This document shows, one piece after another, positions 1 through 9,194 of a DNA stretch of 64,000 bases. Source of the DNA: Firmicutes bacterium CAG:95. GTDB taxonomy: Bacteria; Bacteroidota; Bacteroidia; Bacteroidales; Paludibacteraceae. The position numbers and the translations under genes are program-made. Each line of letters starts with the position of its first letter. Within the stretch, counting starts at the first letter, position 1. Location: positions 10,755-74,754 of the forward strand of contig CAVEFV010000002.1 in NCBI GenBank assembly GCA_963615025.1, read 5' to 3'. The notes below the pieces were generated by a model. It saw only the letters and a program-made list of their open reading frames with translations, was not told the DNA's origin and searched no databases.

Positions 1-196
1 CTTTGTTGGTTTCGGTATAGGTACTCTCCGGCGTAGCAGCCTTAGCCTGCTCGGGACACGACAAACGACCGATACGAATTCTCGTATCGGTTTTCTCTAT
101 CAGAAAGTGATTGGAAACGGGTTGTTCCGAAGACTTGCTCTCGTAGCAAGGGATGATTCTGCCGTCAAGCAGTGTGATAGAAGGTGTTTGTCTCAT
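1..196 (-). CDS. hypothetical protein, first 65 codons only (gene runs off the left edge); paralog of the 329-1453 gene
   Basis: ATG at 196-194. Hand translation MRQTPSITLLDGRIIPCYESKSSEQPVSNHF... aligns with MEQTHFITLLDGRTLTCYENNTSEQPISNQL... of the neighbouring ORF. It is preceded by the same ~105-nt leader. Confidence 0.55.
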   Translation of the reverse strand, partial: MRQTPSITLLDGRIIPCYESKSSEQPVSNHFLIEKTDTRIRIGRLSCPEQAKAATPESTYTETNK

Positions 197-305
197 TTGT
201 TTTTTTAATTAATTTATTGGTTAATAATTAATTCGCATCATTTTACCACCGTGGCCTGTAGACATGGGCTCGGTTGGTGTGACTTAATGCCAACTCGGGA
301 TACTT
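197..305 (-). repeat. conserved 5' leader, copy 1 (intergenic, upstream of the truncated paralog)
   Basis: About 93% identical by hand alignment to 1454-1560 (roughly 7 differences in ~105 nt). Contains the palindrome CCACCGTGG and a GTTGG/CCAAC stem. Confidence 0.8.
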
Positions 306-328
306 ACAAGTGTATTTTTGTGGAACTA

Positions 329-1453
329 TTACTGCTGCCGTATTGCATAGGATTTAATAGCCATGATCAAGTTAGACAACATGTTATTCCGCTCGGTCTG
401 GGGAAAATGGGTAATGAAATTTCGCATCTCTTTGAACGAGATGTATTCGCCATCGAATAGGGCATTACATATATGGGCGGTAGACCGATTGCGACAAAAG
501 CGCAGAATCTCCTCTCGCTCTCGATTGAATGGGGCGAATTGCTGCTGGTAGTCACAAGGTGAAATCTCCTTATTCTTCAATCGATTGCGCAAGTCAGCAC
601 GAAGGGCGTATATCTGTTGCAGGCGCTGTTCTCTATCGGATAGTTGCTGCTCTAATTCGGCAACCATCGTGCATAGTTGGTCGAAATGACGCTTCATAAG
701 GGCTTGGTGGAAATCAGCGGTTCGCTTTCGGTCACGCTCCTCAGCGTAGGTGATTTGTCGCTTGAGGTTAGCAATTTGGTTATTAAGGTGCAAGATAGTT
801 ATCTCGTTTTGGTCAAGTTGGAGAAGTCCTTCTTGGGTAAAGATTTCCACTACCTCTTCGAGTGTATAGTGTTGGTATTGAACCTTGGCGTCGTCGTATA
901 GGCCGTTGATATACATAAATGGACGCCACAGAGAAGCAAAACTATCCACTTGTTGGAGTTTGGTATTGCCTTCGGCATCGACCAAAGTGCAGCGATTGGA
1001 ACCGGACAGCGGAGAGCCAGCGAGGCCGCAAACCATCCATATACGCCCATCTGCATCTTGTTCGGTGGCGTTGGGAGCATGGAGCAACCACTCGATAAGT
1101 ACCCCGAGGGTGGGGCACTCGAAACCGCTTGTTCCGGTGTAGGCCAAACCGTTGCGCATAGGGATACGCGCCAGGAACATGCGGCTATCCGAAAGGATGC
1201 GCTCACGATGGGAATAGAAAGTGTGGAAATAGGTAAGGAATAGTTTCCTTCGATCTTGTGCAGCGGATTCGGCATAAGGGCTTTCCGTCTTAGCGTCTTT
1301 AGACGGCTTGGTACTTGACGAACTCCCCACACGGAAATAGGTGCCGGTAGTGTCAAGCTGAAGTTGATTGGAAATGGGTTGCTCCGAAGTGTTGTTCTCG
1401 TAGCAAGTGAGTGTTCTGCCATCAAGCAGAGTAATGAAATGTGTCTGTTCCAT
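329..1453 (-). CDS. hypothetical protein with a central coiled-coil-like segment; family not recognised
   Basis: 374-aa ORF with no competing ORF. It has a low-complexity linker (SSSSTKPSKDAKTE), then a globular part, then heptad-like charged helices (LNNQIANLKRQITYAEERDRKR...LEQQLSDREQRLQQIYALRADLRNRLK). Confidence 0.7.
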   Translation of the reverse strand: MEQTHFITLLDGRTLTCYENNTSEQPISNQLQLDTTGTYFRVGSSSSTKPSKDAKTESPYAESAAQDRRKLFLTYFHTFYSHRERILSDSRMFLARIPMRNGLAYTGTSGFECPTLGVLIEWLLHAPNATEQDADGRIWMVCGLAGSPLSGSNRCTLVDAEGNTKLQQVDSFASLWRPFMYINGLYDDAKVQYQHYTLEEVVEIFTQEGLLQLDQNEITILHLNNQIANLKRQITYAEERDRKRTADFHQALMKRHFDQLCTMVAELEQQLSDREQRLQQIYALRADLRNRLKNKEISPCDYQQQFAPFNREREEILRFCRNRSTAHICNALFDGEYISFKEMRNFITHFPQTERNNMLSNLIMAIKSYAIRQQ

Positions 1454-1560
1454 TATTTTTTAATTAATTTATTAGGTTAATAATTAATTCGTATCATTTT
1501 ACCACCGTGGCCTGTCGACTTGGGCTCGGTTGGTGTGGCATAATGCCAACTCTGGATACT
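1454..1560 (-). repeat. conserved 5' leader, copy 2
   Basis: Near-identical to 197-305 and lies directly upstream of the ATG at 1453. Confidence 0.8.
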
Positions 1561-1651
1561 CAATATGTCAAAAATCGCTTTCTTAAGATTAGATATGTAT
1601 ACTCCCCTCCAATAAACTGCTTATATACTTATATATCTTACAAAGTAGTTG

Positions 1652-1659
1652 CAAAGGTA
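1652..1659 (-). promoter_or_regulatory. Bacteroidota -7 promoter box TACCTTTG (TAnnTTTG)
   Basis: Exact match on the minus strand, 199 nt upstream of the ATG at 1453. This implies a long leader that contains the conserved repeat. Confidence 0.45.
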
Positions 1660-2315
1660 AGATAAATATTTGATATATGCAAGTATTTTTCAGTATTTTT
1701 TGTAAAAGTTACAATTTAACCCATCTGTACTGTCTAATAACAGATGGCATTTATGGTGCAATGTTAGATGAAATAGTGGAAGAAGTACTCTTGAAGTGTA
1801 GAGAAATTCAATTCTATAGGTCTTCAATTTAATTTCCTTCGTATTTTCGATACATCCTTCATGCAGGGAGGAATAATCATCGGTAAAATACACAATCCCA
1901 TCTTCCTTCCCCCTCTTGCGATATGTATTCTTTTTGTGCATACTCTTAAACTTTCCTTAATTCATTATTAGGAAAAGTATAGGACAAATTAGCCACTAAT
2001 TAGCCACTTATATCCATACCACATCCTTAGCACATCCATAGCACTACCTTACCACCTATGACTTTTATATGGGTTTTATATACCTCTTAGTATGCCCATA
2101 CTCTCACCAACAGGACTCTATATCCTGTTCGCATATTTGAGCGAAGGAGGACAATATCAAATCATTGATGGTTGATGTAGAAAATAAATCAAAATCGAAG
2201 AGATTACCTCTACATTCAAACAATACATACAATAAAACGCAAAGAAATAAATACACAATGGGATACTCTCATACGAGTAGTAATAAAAGAGGAGAATGGT
2301 TTATGTGAAAACAAA

Positions 2316-2349
2316 CATCCCGTATAGATGTCAAAACCTATACGGGATG
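2316..2349 (-). terminator. intrinsic terminator downstream of ackA
   Basis: 12-bp perfect stem CATCCCGTATAG/CTATACGGGATG with a 10-nt loop. On the minus strand it is followed by TTTGTTTTC. Confidence 0.75.
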
Positions 2350-2396
2350 ATTTTATACAGACGGACCTATCGTCTTTGTTGTTTGCAATAATGGAC

Positions 2397-3593
2397 TTAA
2401 CGAATAAGTGCTGCGGTGTCGGATGCAATCATCAACTCTTCATCGGTAGGGATAATACATACTTGTACTTTGCTTTCGGGAGTAGAAAGAAGTGCTTCCT
2501 TTCCACGAGTAGCAGTGTTGACCTCTTCGTTGAGTGTAATACCCAGGAACGATAATCCTTTGATGATTTCACCACGAATAAAGGTATCATTTTCTCCGAT
2601 ACCTCCGGTAAAGACAATAATATCTACACCATTCATTGCTGCAGCGTAAGCACCAATATACTTGATGACACGATAAATGAACATCTTTCGAGCGAGGTCA
2701 GCACGATGATTACCTGCTTTAACAGCAGCGTCTATATCTCGTGCGTCAGACGATACGCCAGAGACACCGGCAAGACCGGACTTCTTATTTACAAGCGTAG
2801 AAAATTCTGCCGTAGATAGATGCTCTTTATCCATAATATACATAGCCGCACCTAAATCGAGGTCTCCTGCACGAGTACCCATCATAAGACCTTCTACAGG
2901 CGTAAGCCCCATACTGGTATCAACAGACTTTCCATATAATACTGCAGCACAACTACCGCCATTACCGATATGTGCCGTGATAACTTTCTTTTCCTTCGGG
3001 TCAACTCCTAAAAACTCACATACTCGCTTCGATACATAACGGTGGGAGGTACCATGAAAGCCATAACGACGAATTGCATACTTATCATAGAGTTCGTAAG
3101 GCAGAGCGTACATATATGCATAATCAGGCATCGTTTGATGAAAAGCCGTATCAAATACGGCAACTTGAGGTACTTTGGGTAAAGTTTTACTAATAGCGTC
3201 TATTCCCTTAAGGTTAGCAGGGTTATGAAGAGGTGCCAAGTCAGCGCATTTTTCTATCTCACGGCGTACTTCTTCGGTAATAAGAACCGACTTGTTGAAG
3301 CGTTCGCCACCATGTACAACACGGTGTCCAACAGCATCTATCTCGCTTAAATTTTTGATACAGCCTATTTTCTCATCAGTCAGGGCAGAGAGTATGAGTT
3401 CAATACCGATTGTATGTTCCGGCATTGGTTTATCAAATTGCACTTTTTCTCCGTTTGGCAGTTTAACTACAAGGAAAGAATCGGGTAGCCCAATCTTTTC
3501 TACTCCTCCTTGTGCAATAACCTCTTTCTTTTCTATCTCGAACAATTTATACTTGATAGAGGAACTTCCGCAGTTTAATACTAATATCTTCAT
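2397..3593 (-). CDS. ackA: acetate kinase
   Basis: 398 aa. N-terminus MKILVLNCGSSSIKYKLF and full-length resemblance to acetate kinases. Adjacent to pta. Confidence 0.96.
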   Translation of the reverse strand: MKILVLNCGSSSIKYKLFEIEKKEVIAQGGVEKIGLPDSFLVVKLPNGEKVQFDKPMPEHTIGIELILSALTDEKIGCIKNLSEIDAVGHRVVHGGERFNKSVLITEEVRREIEKCADLAPLHNPANLKGIDAISKTLPKVPQVAVFDTAFHQTMPDYAYMYALPYELYDKYAIRRYGFHGTSHRYVSKRVCEFLGVDPKEKKVITAHIGNGGSCAAVLYGKSVDTSMGLTPVEGLMMGTRAGDLDLGAAMYIMDKEHLSTAEFSTLVNKKSGLAGVSGVSSDARDIDAAVKAGNHRADLARKMFIYRVIKYIGAYAAAMNGVDIIVFTGGIGENDTFIRGEIIKGLSFLGITLNEEVNTATRGKEALLSTPESKVQVCIIPTDEELMIASDTAALIR

Positions 3594-3614
3594 TATATAA
3601 AATCTCTTACTGGT

Positions 3615-4613
3615 TTATTTGATAGCCTGATTGGCAGTGATTATAATCATTTGTACGATGTCATCTACTTTGCATCCTCTACTGAGGTCATTAACCGGTG
3701 CTGCAATACCTTGGAGTATAGGTCCAATAGCATTCGCACCAGAGAATCGTTCTACCAATTTATATCCGATATTACCTGCTTGCAAGTCGGGGAATACCAA
3801 TACATTGGCTTTTCCTGCAACTTTGGAATTAGGTGCCTTCGTTGCTGCAACGCGTTCAATAAGAGCAGCGTCTGCTTGTAGTTCTCCATCAATATCAAGG
3901 TTGGGTGCAAGTTCTTTTGCGATTTGTGTAGCCTCCGTTACTTTATCTACCAATTCATGTTTGGCGGAGCCTTTTGTAGAGAATGAGAGCATAGCAATTT
4001 TAGGTTCTATACCCGCCAATGTTCGTGCCGTTTCAGCAGTAGAAACGGCTATCTGTGCTAACTCCTGCGCATTAGGACAAGGGTTTACTGCACAGTCGGC
4101 GAATACTAAGAATCCGTTTTCTCCGAGTTGTGTTGCCGGTGTAAACATCAAGAATGCTCCGGATACAATAGAGACACCCGGCTTTGTTTTAAGTATTTGG
4201 AAGGCAGGTCGTATAGTATCTGCCGTAGTTCCTCTTGCTCCTGCAAGTTCTCCATCAGCGTCACCGTTTTTAATCATTAAGCATCCAAGATAGAGTGGAT
4301 CTTGTGCTTTGTGGCGAGCCTCTTCTTCGGTCATACCCTTTTTCTTACGAAGTTCATAGAGCAGTTGCGCATACTCTTCCATTCGAGGGTCGTTTTTAGG
4401 GTCAAGAATCTCGGCTTCTGCGATATGGCTATATCCTTTTTCCTTTGCCATATCGTTGATTGTTTTAGGGTCGCCAATTAAAATCAGTTTGGCCACTTTA
4501 TCACGAAGGATGATATTTGCAGCCTCGAGTGTACGAGGCTCGTCCCCTTCGGGGAGTACGATGCGCTGTGGATTGGCTTGCGCTCGTTTGAGCATTTGTT
4601 GTAATATGTCCAT
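3615..4613 (-). CDS. pta: phosphate acetyltransferase
   Basis: 332 aa short-form Pta (RIVLPEGDEPRTLEAA..., SFSTKGSAKH). Classic pta-ackA pairing. Confidence 0.95.
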   Translation of the reverse strand: MDILQQMLKRAQANPQRIVLPEGDEPRTLEAANIILRDKVAKLILIGDPKTINDMAKEKGYSHIAEAEILDPKNDPRMEEYAQLLYELRKKKGMTEEEARHKAQDPLYLGCLMIKNGDADGELAGARGTTADTIRPAFQILKTKPGVSIVSGAFLMFTPATQLGENGFLVFADCAVNPCPNAQELAQIAVSTAETARTLAGIEPKIAMLSFSTKGSAKHELVDKVTEATQIAKELAPNLDIDGELQADAALIERVAATKAPNSKVAGKANVLVFPDLQAGNIGYKLVERFSGANAIGPILQGIAAPVNDLSRGCKVDDIVQMIIITANQAIK

Positions 4614-4643
4614 TATTAAGAATATATAAAGTTATGTTTTGTA

Positions 4644-5924
4644 TTATGCTTTATTTTTCTGTTTTAGTTTCTTGATTTCTGTTTCTAACTTTACTATCTC
4701 TTTCTCTTGGTTATTGATAGTGGTGAGCAGTTCATTCAGTTCTTCATTATCAATGGTTGTTGGATATTGCTCATCAACAAGTTGCAGGAAGTCGGCCAAT
4801 ACATTCATATAGTTAGTAAAGGCTTCGTAAGCAGACTCATAGTTAGTACCTTCGGCATCTATATGATTCATGAAGCGTAGATAGTCAACTGCTTGTAGGA
4901 ATAGCCAGTCTCTTTTAAGGCGTTTATCTTGACAGAGATGTACTCGTTCTGCCACTGCATATAGTTTATGTAAGGCTTCCTGTTGCAAGTCGTTACCATT
5001 GTAGGGTGTCAGGTCTTTTGCTTCTCCAGCCCATGTGATAGGATAAGGTACGGAAACTGCATCTACAATAGATAGTTTTTTAGCGATTTCTTGTGGTGTC
5101 ATGAAGCCAATATTCTTCTCGAGAAGATAGTAGGGCAATGCTTTCATAAAGTCGAATATACCGGTTTGTGCTTGTTGTCGTATACCGAAAGTTTCAGCAC
5201 CCATCCATATATTGACGATAGGTTCTTCTTGTGGGGTCTCGTCTATTATCTGCGCGAATTTAGGTGCATCCATTGGATAGTGGTGCCATGTAGGGTCGGA
5301 GAAGTGAAAAGCAAGTTCGTCGCTTAATGCAGTGTTGCGTAACAGTACTTTGAGTTTAGGAGCAGCCACCGAAGAATATAGGTAGTTGGGAGATTTCCAA
5401 CTCAATATATGTTTGGCACCCTCTGTCATTACCGCCTTATATCCAAGTTTAGTAAGCGTTTCGGCTATCTCGTCAGAATAGAGCAACTCTGTATTCCAAA
5501 CAGTAGTTGATTTTTGTGCAAACAGTTCCTGTGTGAGATGTTGGTGGTGTTTGAGTTGTTCTTCGAATTCATTTTGGTTGTAAACGGCAGCAAGTGAGTA
5601 GGCATAAGGTGTAGCAACGAATTCGACGCACTTGGTGTCTGCAAGTTCTTTGAGTAGGTCAATCATCTCCGGTACGAACTGTTCGAGCATTTCGAGCATA
5701 ATTCCAGACACACTGATGGCGCACTTGAATTTGCCGTTAGATACTTGTATCATTTCTTTAATCGTACGGCACAGTGGAATGTATGATGTTTGGCAGAGCC
5801 AAGAAATATTATCTTCGGTCTGCATATCATCGTAGTAATAATGGTCTTGCCCTATTTCGAAGAAACGATATCGTTTCAGCCGATACGGTGCGTGCAGGCT
5901 AAAACAGAAGCATGTATTTTTCAT
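4644..5924 (-). CDS. glycoside hydrolase family 57 (alpha-amylase/branching-enzyme-like)
   Basis: MKNTCFCFSLHAPYRLKRYRFFEIGQDHYYYDD is a typical GH57 N-terminus. I prefer the ATG at 5924, or alternatively 5948, which forms an ATGA overlap with the upstream stop. The 502-aa extension to 6152 overlaps the synthase gene. Confidence 0.88.
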   Translation of the reverse strand: MKNTCFCFSLHAPYRLKRYRFFEIGQDHYYYDDMQTEDNISWLCQTSYIPLCRTIKEMIQVSNGKFKCAISVSGIMLEMLEQFVPEMIDLLKELADTKCVEFVATPYAYSLAAVYNQNEFEEQLKHHQHLTQELFAQKSTTVWNTELLYSDEIAETLTKLGYKAVMTEGAKHILSWKSPNYLYSSVAAPKLKVLLRNTALSDELAFHFSDPTWHHYPMDAPKFAQIIDETPQEEPIVNIWMGAETFGIRQQAQTGIFDFMKALPYYLLEKNIGFMTPQEIAKKLSIVDAVSVPYPITWAGEAKDLTPYNGNDLQQEALHKLYAVAERVHLCQDKRLKRDWLFLQAVDYLRFMNHIDAEGTNYESAYEAFTNYMNVLADFLQLVDEQYPTTIDNEELNELLTTINNQEKEIVKLETEIKKLKQKNKA

Positions 5925-5944
5925 AATGTTGTAATTTACATTGT

Positions 5945-7207
5945 TCATAGTGTATGATTGATTACTCCATCGTAGATGGCTCTTACTTTGAGTCCTGCAT
6001 CGTACCATTTGATATTTGCGACTTCTTCTCGTCCGAGTTCTCGTAAACTCTTGTACATAGCAGGATATTTGACTATAGAATAGATAGCGTCTGCCATAGC
6101 GTCGATGTCCCAATAATCGGTTTTGATAGCATGTTGCAATATCTCTGCGCACCCTGACTGTTTGGAGATGATAGACGGTGTTCCTACTTGCATTGCCTCG
6201 AGGGGTGATATACCAAAGGGTTCAGATACGGAGGGCATTATGTACACATCGCTTTCTGCAAGCATTTCCTGTACTTGTCGTCCGCGTAAGAATCCGGTGA
6301 AGTGAAATCTGTCTGCGATACCTCGTTGTGCGACGAGATCTATCATCTGGTTCATCATATCTCCTGACCCTGCCATTACAAAGCGCACTCCATTGGTTTT
6401 CTGTAGTACTCGTGCTGCGGCTTCTACGAAGTACTCCGGTCCTTTTTGCATAGTGATACGCCCCAGGAATGTAACCACCTTGTCTTTTCTTGGCGTTTTG
6501 ACAAATGAGTCGATGTCTTTAAGTGGTTCTACTGCATTATGTACAGTTGATACTTTTCGGGGGTTCTGACCATACTTATCGATGACTGTTTGCCGTGTCA
6601 AATTACTTACACACATTATGTGATCGGCCTCGTCCATTCCCCGTTTCTCGATGGCATAGACGGAGGGGTTTACATTTCCCCTTGAGCGATCGAAGTCGGT
6701 CGCATGAACATGTATGACAAGTGGTTTGCCGGATATATGTTTAGCGAATACTCCTGCGGGATAGGTAAGCCAATCGTGGGAGTGAATGATATCGAAGTTT
6801 AGTTGATGTGCGAGTACGCTTGCGACTGCCTCGTAGTTTCCTATCTCTTCGAGGAGGTTGTCGGGATATCGTCCTGAAAAGTTTACACAACCGAGGTCAT
6901 CTGTTCCTATGCGTCGGTAATCGTAGTGGATACCTTGTCGCAGGTAGAAGTATTCGTCGGCACTCATTCGTCCTTGTAGTCGTTGGTTGACATACTCCCA
7001 TGAGTTCTCCTTCCATACGATAGGGACGGTATTTGCTCCTATTATTCGTAAGAAGGATTGGTCTTCGTCACCCCATGGTTTAGGAATGACGAAAGTAATG
7101 TGCATATCCGGTTGTTGTGCCATTCCCTTAGTTAGTCCGTAACTGGCAGTACCTAATCCTCCTAATATGTGCGGTGGGAATTCCCACCCGAACATTAGTG
7201 CTTGCAT
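5945..7207 (-). CDS. glycosyltransferase family 4-type glycogen synthase-like protein
   Basis: 420 aa. FPPHILGGLGTASYGL N-terminal motif and E-x7-E region (SEPFGISPLEAM). Located between the GH57 and debranching-enzyme genes. Confidence 0.85.
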   Translation of the reverse strand: MQALMFGWEFPPHILGGLGTASYGLTKGMAQQPDMHITFVIPKPWGDEDQSFLRIIGANTVPIVWKENSWEYVNQRLQGRMSADEYFYLRQGIHYDYRRIGTDDLGCVNFSGRYPDNLLEEIGNYEAVASVLAHQLNFDIIHSHDWLTYPAGVFAKHISGKPLVIHVHATDFDRSRGNVNPSVYAIEKRGMDEADHIMCVSNLTRQTVIDKYGQNPRKVSTVHNAVEPLKDIDSFVKTPRKDKVVTFLGRITMQKGPEYFVEAAARVLQKTNGVRFVMAGSGDMMNQMIDLVAQRGIADRFHFTGFLRGRQVQEMLAESDVYIMPSVSEPFGISPLEAMQVGTPSIISKQSGCAEILQHAIKTDYWDIDAMADAIYSIVKYPAMYKSLRELGREEVANIKWYDAGLKVRAIYDGVINHTL

Positions 7208-7219
7208 CGTTTGGGTATT

Positions 7220-9175
7220 CTATTTAGGGTTATTATCATCATTCCATTGTTGCAGTGTGTGTATGACGCTGATTACTGCTGCTACGCTGGGTGCATAACT
7301 CATGCCTCCGTGTCCTTTGTAGGGAGGATTGCCGTCGTATAGTTCGTTGAGTGTTCCAATACAGAGTTCGGACATTTCCACTTCGTATCCGACAAGGAGT
7401 CTCTCTATAAAGTTCCTTCCGCTTTGTTTGTAGAGGTCGAGATATGCATTTACATAGGCTGCGATGGTGCAAGGCCATACCGGTCCATTATGGAAGTTTC
7501 TGTCTCGTTCGAGTTGCCCTCCCACATAGACGGGCCTATAGTTTCCGCTTTTCGGGGATAGTGTTCTGAGTCCTCGTGGTGTGAGCAACTCTTTAGTACA
7601 GATGTCGACAACTGCCTTTCTCTGTTTTTTGTCGAGTGGAGAGAATGGCAACGAGGCAGCCCATATCTGGTTAGGTCTGACCTCTTTGTCTTTGTAAGCA
7701 TCGATAACATAGTCGTAGAGGTATAGTCCGTTCCAGAATGTTGCGACGAATGAGTTTTTGGCGAGTCCTGCTTGTGATTCGAGCAAGTCGGCTTCGTGCG
7801 CCCGTTGCAGTTGTCTTAAGAGTTCTGCAGTGAAGCAGAGTGCGTTGTACCACAGTGCATTGATTTCTACTACATATCCTGTTCTGGGTGTAATAGGTTT
7901 GCCGTCTTCGACGGCGTTCATCCATGTTGCAGGTCTTTCTGTTCCATTGACAAATACAAGTCCGTTGGCGTGTACCCAAATTCTCGGATGCCGTTGTTTG
8001 CGAATAAAGTCCATTATCTCTGCACAGATGTTGCCATATTTTTCGGCAGCCTCTTGGAGAGAGTAGTGTAGTGCATACTGTTGTATTGCACGGATGAACC
8101 ATAGTAGTACATCCGGCTCATCAAGTCCCTCAAGCGGAGATTGGACGGCAGGATTATTGAGGAATGCTTTGACTTCGTCGATGGCAGTTTGGTCCATGAT
8201 AGCCTCCCAGTATTCGGGTCGGTTAATCATCAGTGTACATGAGGGCAAGGAAAAGAACTGTTCTCTTGCTGTTGAGTGGAACCAAGGATATCCCGCTAAT
8301 AAATGACACTTATCGGCTTCTCTTTTGTAGAATTGTCCTGCGGAGTTTTTAAGACAAGCGAACATATCTGTTCTGATGATGCGTCGTTTAAGTTCCGTTT
8401 CCCATATCGTCTTGAGTTTGTTGGGGATTGCTTGTGTGATGCCTGCAGCAAAGATGACGGATTCTCCCTTCTTCATAGGCAGTTCGAAGTAGCCAGGTAC
8501 GAGCAAGTCTTCTTTGTAGTCGAAGCCTCGTTCCCGCTCTTTCATGTATTCGATATTCTTATACCAGAGGGGGTTGTGTTGGTAGTCGACGGTTTTAGAG
8601 AACTGCATATATAGTATAGGGAAGTCAGGGTAGAGTTGGCATGCTTCTCCGTTGATAACAGGAGTGCAGTCGGTGTTTGCGCGGTTGTTCTCTACCGTGA
8701 GTTCGTTTACACTACGGAAGGCGAGAAATGGACGAAAGCGGAGTTTTGTGGGTGAGTGTGCTTCGATGAGTGTGTATCGGATTAGCACCCGAGGTTCGAA
8801 ACTTACGAGCATACGCTCTTTGGAAAGTATGACTCCGCCTACCCGATAGATGGTGCGACTGATGAGTTCGCAATCAAATTGGCGGATGTATTTATGTCCG
8901 TTTGGTGCGAAATTGTTGTCGCCATACTGGTGGATGCCGAGATTGAACTCCGCTCCATGTTGTATGACTGTTTCATCGAGGGAACTGAGCAGAACATAGT
9001 TGTCGTTACTCAGTTCGGGCAGAGGAAGAACCAACTGTCCGTGGTACTTCCTCGTATTGCAGTCGACGAGTGTTGTGCTGTTGTATGCACCTGCACGGTT
9101 AGTCCGAATCATCTCTTTGCTTAGAGAGCGTTCGAGATTATTGAGGAGTGTCTTATCAAAGTTCAGGTATGACAT
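7220..9175 (-). CDS. glycogen debranching enzyme (amylo-alpha-1,6-glucosidase family)
   Basis: 651 aa. N-terminal GDE-like region (RAGAYNSTTLVDCNTRKYHGQLV) and a C-terminal (alpha/alpha)6-type region (FHNGPVWPC). Confidence 0.85.
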   Translation of the reverse strand: MSYLNFDKTLLNNLERSLSKEMIRTNRAGAYNSTTLVDCNTRKYHGQLVLPLPELSNDNYVLLSSLDETVIQHGAEFNLGIHQYGDNNFAPNGHKYIRQFDCELISRTIYRVGGVILSKERMLVSFEPRVLIRYTLIEAHSPTKLRFRPFLAFRSVNELTVENNRANTDCTPVINGEACQLYPDFPILYMQFSKTVDYQHNPLWYKNIEYMKERERGFDYKEDLLVPGYFELPMKKGESVIFAAGITQAIPNKLKTIWETELKRRIIRTDMFACLKNSAGQFYKREADKCHLLAGYPWFHSTAREQFFSLPSCTLMINRPEYWEAIMDQTAIDEVKAFLNNPAVQSPLEGLDEPDVLLWFIRAIQQYALHYSLQEAAEKYGNICAEIMDFIRKQRHPRIWVHANGLVFVNGTERPATWMNAVEDGKPITPRTGYVVEINALWYNALCFTAELLRQLQRAHEADLLESQAGLAKNSFVATFWNGLYLYDYVIDAYKDKEVRPNQIWAASLPFSPLDKKQRKAVVDICTKELLTPRGLRTLSPKSGNYRPVYVGGQLERDRNFHNGPVWPCTIAAYVNAYLDLYKQSGRNFIERLLVGYEVEMSELCIGTLNELYDGNPPYKGHGGMSYAPSVAAVISVIHTLQQWNDDNNPK

Positions 9176-9194
9176 AGGCTATGTGGGGTCTATA

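Noticed and set aside
1690-1941. 83-aa ORF (MHKKNTYRKRGKEDGIVYFTDD...).
   Set aside because: No promoter box and no recognisable domain, with a Leu/His-rich tail. It lies in the ORF-poor spacer and is possibly a gene remnant, but this is not supportable.
4644-6152. 502-aa version of the GH57 ORF starting at 6152.
   Set aside because: The first 68-76 codons overlap the 3' end of the glycogen-synthase gene and translate to Arg-rich nonsense. The family-typical N-terminus MKNTCFCFSLHAPYRLKRY starts at 5924.
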